Shown: in pieces, positions 60,129 to 64,000 of the stretch
Layout: every line of letters begins with the position of its first letter
Position numbering within the stretch: the first letter of the stretch is position 1
Source: an uncultured Chloroflexia bacterium
GTDB taxonomy: Bacteria; Chloroflexota; Limnocylindria; Limnocylindrales; CSP1-4
Direction: 5' to 3'
Assembly (NCBI GenBank): GCA_963752475.1
Contig: CAVVYR010000029.1
Coordinates: forward strand, 32,001 to 96,000
DNA length: 64,000 nt
Made by a program: the position numbers and the translations under genes
Notes under the pieces: generated by a model
Seen by the model: the letters and a program-made list of their open reading frames with translations, nothing else
Databases searched by the model: none
Told to the model about the DNA's origin: nothing

Positions 60129-61172
60129 ATGAGCGAGACGTATTTCGAATGGCTACGCCACCAGACACCGAGCCGTGTCTGGATCAACAACCCCACCGCT
60201 GCGGAGATCGAGCTCTCGCTCGCGCAGGGCGCGGTCGCATGCACCACCAACCCCGCCTACGGGGGCAACCTGCTTGGCCGAGCCCCTGCCGAGATCCGAC
60301 CGGACATCGTGGAAGTCGCCGCTGGAGGAGCCAGAGGCGACGTGGCCGTGGCGCTCGTGCAGGAGCGTCTGATCGCTCGCATCCTGCCGCACTTCGCCGC
60401 CATCCATGAGCGCAGCGGTGGCCGCGAGGGCTGGGTCTCGATGCAGGGTGCGCCGGAGCTGGACACCTCGCTCGATCCCATCCTTGACGCTGCGCGCGCG
60501 GCCCGCTCGCTGGCGGACAACTGCATCCCCAAGATCCCCGCCACCGTGCCCGGCCTAGCCGCGCTCGATGTGCTGGTGCGGGAAGACGAGCCCGTGCTGA
60601 TGACGGAGGTCTTCAGCCTGGCCCAGGTCGTTCAGACCTGCGAGCGCTACCAGCGGGCCTCGGCGGAGAGCGGCAACGAGCCAGTCTTCATCATGGCGCC
60701 CATCACAGGCATCTTCGGCGATCACCTCAAGAAGGTCGCGGCTCGAGAAGGCACGACCATCGCGGCCGAGGCCGTGATGTGGGCGGGCGTCATCTGGGCT
60801 CGGGCTGCCAAGCGACTGGTCGACGAGCGCCACTACCCGGTGCAGCTGCTGTATGGGGGAGCCAGGAACACGGCCGACCTGACCGGGCTGGTGGGCGGGC
60901 CCCATGCGGCTACGGTCAACTGGTCGACCTACGTGGAGGTCCTTGAAGCGGATCCCGAGCGACGCCAGACCGTGAACGAGCCGGCGCCGGCGGACATCGA
61001 AGAGCAGCTGCTCGAGACGTTCGAGGACTTCCGCCTAGCGATGGATGAGCAGGGCTTGAGAGCCGACGAGTTCGAGGACTTCGGACCGGTGCAGCACTTC
61101 CGCGATGCATTCATCGCGGGCTGGGCGGCGGTTCGCGACGCCATCGACGAAGAGGTAGCCGCAGGAACCTGA
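60129..61172 (+). CDS. Transaldolase/FSA family protein, divergent active site
   Basis: WINNP, TTNP, VSMQG, PKIP (Schiff-base Lys) and TEVFS..Q motifs; AGGAG RBS. Confidence 0.88.
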   Translation: MSETYFEWLRHQTPSRVWINNPTAAEIELSLAQGAVACTTNPAYGGNLLGRAPAEIRPDIVEVAAGGARGDVAVALVQERLIARILPHFAAIHERSGGREGWVSMQGAPELDTSLDPILDAARAARSLADNCIPKIPATVPGLAALDVLVREDEPVLMTEVFSLAQVVQTCERYQRASAESGNEPVFIMAPITGIFGDHLKKVAAREGTTIAAEAVMWAGVIWARAAKRLVDERHYPVQLLYGGARNTADLTGLVGGPHAATVNWSTYVEVLEADPERRQTVNEPAPADIEEQLLETFEDFRLAMDEQGLRADEFEDFGPVQHFRDAFIAGWAAVRDAIDEEVAAGT

Positions 61173-61219
61173 GCCGGCGGCGGCCAGCGGCTCGATGAGC
61201 CACAGCCCCCGGGCGCCCG

Positions 61220-62374
61220 CTAGCGGTAGACGCCGGCCTCTCGGAATGCCTCCACCATGGCCACGATGTTCTCGGGCGGTACATCCGCCTGGATGTTGTG
61301 GACCGTGGCGAAGATGTAGCCGCCGCCGGGCATAAGCGTCTCGACGTTCCGTAGCACCTGCTCGCGGACCTCGAGCGGCGTCCCGCGCGGCAGCACCTTC
61401 TGCGTGTCGACGCCGCCGCCCCAGAAGGCGATCTCGCGCCCGTACTCACGCTTGAGTTCCGGCAGGTCCATGCCTTCGGCTGTGAACTGCACCGGGTTGA
61501 GCCCGTCCACGCCGGCCTCGATGAGATCGGGGATGAGCGACTTGATGGCGCCATCCGAGTGCAGGAAGACCTTGGCCCGGCTGTTGGCATGGACGAAGGC
61601 GTACAGCTCCGAGATGCGCGGCTTGATCATCTTGCGCCACAGGTCCGGAGCGATGAGCGGAGCCATCTGGCTGCCGTAGTCGTCGGCATCGTAGATGACA
61701 TCGAGGATGTCCCCGATCTCCCCGAAGACGGTCTCCCAGAAGCGCAGCTTGATCTCAAGGGCCTGGTCGAGGATGGCACCGGCCAGCGCCTGGTCCTGGA
61801 CCAGGTCCATGAAGAAGCGCTCGAAACCCCGCATCCACAGCGAAACCTCCAGCGTCCCGGGGATGATGCCCTTGCAGGCAGAGGCTCGATGCTCTTCGAA
61901 GACGACGCGCTCGCAGTCAGCTCGGATGTTGCTGAAGCGATGTGGGTCGGTGGGGTCGGGCCAGGGATACGCGGCCACCTCTGCCGGAGTCGTCACATCC
62001 GCCAGTGGACTGTCGTAGAGATCGTAGTAGAGGCCACCGTCCTTGGGCTGGCGCCAACCCATCCCGTACTCGTCGGTGAGCTCACGGTACTCCCCTGCTT
62101 CCCTGACCTCCAGATGCCAGCTGGCCGGATCGGGCGGACCCGTGGCCACGATCCCCACGTCAGCGCCCAGCAGGTCCTGGACGTCACGGTCGGTCCAGGC
62201 CAGCCCAAGACGGATATCCGCGACGTTGACCTCCGGGGAGAGCCCCAAGTACTCGCGCAATCGGCGGTAGGCGATGTGGTGGCTGCTGGTGACGAACGTG
62301 CCCCCGAAGTCATAGGGCACACGGTCAGGCTCGCGGTGGTCGAGCGCGGCGAGGACGCGTTCGCGCGAGGTCAT
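61220..62374 (-). CDS. Uroporphyrinogen decarboxylase (URO-D/MtaA) family protein, not HemE
   Basis: MTSRERVLAALDHREPDRVP, MRGFERFFMDL, DDYGSQ, FLHSDG, NPVQ, GGGVDTQ and GGGYIF..VHNIQ..VPPEN; lacks the HemE MRQAGR motif. Confidence 0.92.
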   Translation of the reverse strand: MTSRERVLAALDHREPDRVPYDFGGTFVTSSHHIAYRRLREYLGLSPEVNVADIRLGLAWTDRDVQDLLGADVGIVATGPPDPASWHLEVREAGEYRELTDEYGMGWRQPKDGGLYYDLYDSPLADVTTPAEVAAYPWPDPTDPHRFSNIRADCERVVFEEHRASACKGIIPGTLEVSLWMRGFERFFMDLVQDQALAGAILDQALEIKLRFWETVFGEIGDILDVIYDADDYGSQMAPLIAPDLWRKMIKPRISELYAFVHANSRAKVFLHSDGAIKSLIPDLIEAGVDGLNPVQFTAEGMDLPELKREYGREIAFWGGGVDTQKVLPRGTPLEVREQVLRNVETLMPGGGYIFATVHNIQADVPPENIVAMVEAFREAGVYR

Positions 62375-62391
62375 GTCACCTCTGGAGGCGG

Positions 62392-62422
62392 CTGGTATGC
62401 GTGTATACACACTAACAGTATA
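62392..62422 (-). promoter_or_regulatory. -10 TATACT followed by operator copy 3 (GTGTGTATACACGCATACCAG)
   Basis: Contains the palindrome GTGTATACAC immediately downstream of the -10. Confidence 0.78.
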
Positions 62423-62467
62423 GTGGCTCGGGCCGACGCCGGCCAGTCGGGTCGCGGCTGACGCGAG

Positions 62468-63664
62468 CTACTCGATGGGGGCGGTCGACTCGCGCACGAT
62501 GAGCTCGACGGAGATGTCCTGCACGGTAGGCACTTCGTCGCCGTCGAGCACCCGGAACAGGGTGGCGGCGGCGGCGCGGCCGAGGTCATAGTAGGAGAGA
62601 CGCACCGTGGTCAGCGGCGGCTGCAGGTGCTGGGCGAACTCCATGTCGTCGAAGCTGACCACGGACAGATCCTGCGGGATGCGCAAGCCCAGTTCTGCGG
62701 CAACTTCGTAGACATCGAGCGCCAGGAAGTCGGCGCCACAGACGATGGCGGTGGGTCGCTCTTCCAGCTCCAGCAGTCGACCCGCGGCTAGCTTGCGGTC
62801 GTCGTCGAAGACGCTGTTCACGGCCGAGACCAACTCCCTCCCGACACGGATGCCATGGCCGTCGAGAGCTTCGATGAACCCAGCCTTGTGATCGCGGTAG
62901 GTATCGGTCGAGGCCGTCGCCGAGAGCAGCCCGATGCGACGATGCCCAAGGGCGACGAGGTGTTCCACGGCCATCGAACCAGCTGTGCGGGCGTCCACCA
63001 GAACCGCCGGCACGCCTGAGGCAGGATGCGTGCGTTTGATCAGGACGGCGCCCAGCTCCTGCTCGGCAGGGATGTCCACCACGCGCCAATCGACATCGCC
63101 CGCCACGCGGAACAACAGCCCATCGACGGGCTGATCGTGCAGCAGCTGGCGCAATGCCGTCGCGGCGGTCAGGGGATCGTTCACTGGCAGCACCGTCAGC
63201 AATGCGTCGCGCTCCCACATCGAAGACGCGATGCCCCCGACCAATTGACCGAAGGATCCACTGTTCTGCCGCCAGGCACTCTCGTTGTAGCCGATGATGA
63301 CGACCGCGATCCGTGCTCGTCGTCTCAGGCCGGTGACGAACGCACCGAGGCCGCCGCGTCGCTCGACGATGCCTTCATTGAGCAGATCGAGCAGAGCACG
63401 GCGAGCGGTTATCGATGACACGCTGAACTCATCACACATCTCACGCAGCGACGGGATGCGATCGCCCTGCTGGAGTTCGCCGGCTTCGATACGGCGGGTG
63501 ATCTCGTCACGGATACGCACGTACCGCGGGACATATGCGTTTTCCCTGCGGCGCGATCGTGACACGCTGGCAAGCATAGCGGTGGAGGGTGAGCCAGGCG
63601 AGGCTGTTCCGCCGTTGCCGCCGCGCGTCGCGGCCGCCGGTTCGACTCGCCGATCACTCGTCAA
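62468..63664 (-). CDS. GntR-HTH / LacI-sensor hybrid regulator (AraR-like architecture)
   Basis: PRYVRI..GDRIPS.RE...F.VS.ITARRAL..L..EG, then GHRRIG, IPQDLSVVSFDD and PPLTTV. The true start may be further downstream. Confidence 0.93.
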   Translation of the reverse strand: MTSDRRVEPAAATRGGNGGTASPGSPSTAMLASVSRSRRRENAYVPRYVRIRDEITRRIEAGELQQGDRIPSLREMCDEFSVSSITARRALLDLLNEGIVERRGGLGAFVTGLRRRARIAVVIIGYNESAWRQNSGSFGQLVGGIASSMWERDALLTVLPVNDPLTAATALRQLLHDQPVDGLLFRVAGDVDWRVVDIPAEQELGAVLIKRTHPASGVPAVLVDARTAGSMAVEHLVALGHRRIGLLSATASTDTYRDHKAGFIEALDGHGIRVGRELVSAVNSVFDDDRKLAAGRLLELEERPTAIVCGADFLALDVYEVAAELGLRIPQDLSVVSFDDMEFAQHLQPPLTTVRLSYYDLGRAAAATLFRVLDGDEVPTVQDISVELIVRESTAPIE

Positions 63665-63675
63665 GGGGCCACCTC

Positions 63676-64000
63676 CTAGGCCTTGTGGACACCCATCTCG
63701 TCCATCCAGGCGAAGGCATCGACACCGGCTGCACTGGGCCGATACTCACAGCCCACGGGCCGCTGGTAGCCGGTCTCGGCGATGGTCTGGAGGACGTTGC
63801 CGAAGTTGATCTCACCGCTACCCGGTTCGTTGCGGTCCGGGGCATCCGCGATCTGGTAGTGACCAGTCACGGGCGCCATCTCGCGGATGGTGGGGATGAG
63901 CTCACCCTGCGTGCGCTGCAGGTGATAGACGTCCAGCTGGAAGTCAACCCGACCGTCGAGCTGCACCAGGACCGACTTCGTTCGCGCGAGCGACGAGAGC
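63676..64000 (-). CDS. Hydroxypyruvate isomerase (Hyi) family protein, 5' end outside the window
   Basis: DVYHLQR..G, HYQIADAPDRNEPGSGEINF and VGCEYRP motifs. Confidence 0.9.
   Translation of the reverse strand, partial: LSSLARTKSVLVQLDGRVDFQLDVYHLQRTQGELIPTIREMAPVTGHYQIADAPDRNEPGSGEINFGNVLQTIAETGYQRPVGCEYRPSAAGVDAFAWMDEMGVHKA

Noticed and set aside
59240-61172. A complete RuMP methylotrophy module
   Set aside because: No hexuloisomerase or methanol/formaldehyde-generating enzyme is identifiable, and both enzymes have non-canonical motifs.
61220-62374. Annotation as hemE (heme biosynthesis)
   Set aside because: It lacks the MRQAGR motif and sits in a sugar regulon.
55420-64000. Horizontally acquired island (codon usage looks slightly less GC3-biased)
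   Set aside because: This is an impression only; no integrase, tRNA or flanking repeat is seen and I cannot compute composition here.

Overview
GC-rich bacterial chromosomal window with no rRNA, tRNA, CRISPR, prophage or transposase visible. The gene style (Ala-rich signal peptides ending AQD/AQE, acidic exported proteins, F420-dependent enzymes, many sugar ABC systems) suggests a Chloroflexota (Limnocylindria-like) or actinobacterial heterotroph; this is inference only. Contents by region: (1) 1-10 kb, two monosaccharide ABC systems with an EryC-like epimerase, a double-SnoaL protein, a frameshifted LLM/F420 oxidoreductase and a truncated LacI gene. (2) 10-25 kb, mixed genes including qor, tnaA, CAP and M23 proteins, azlCD with a MarR-GNAT fusion and small unknown proteins. 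(3) 25-31 kb, a Zn ABC transporter divergent from SCO/PCuAC/DsbA around a perfect Zur-like palindrome. (4) 31-41 kb, ndh, peptidase E, an F420 nitroreductase, a fused trehalose-6-P synthase/phosphatase and malic enzyme. (5) 41-55 kb, maltodextrin ABC, GH57, frameshifted xylB, GH1, two LacI regulators and an MsiK-like ATPase. (6) 55-64 kb, a sugar-catabolic cluster that matches no pathway I can name: lactonase, DhaKL-like kinase, Zn dehydrogenase, non-canonical hexulose-P-synthase-like and transaldolase-like enzymes, a UroD-family protein, a Hyi-like isomerase and a GntR/LacI hybrid regulator, with one operator motif repeated at three promoters. The best candidates for something undescribed are this regulon and a 184-bp element with ~33-bp terminal inverted repeats present in two diverged copies (18251-18434 and 29302-29485).
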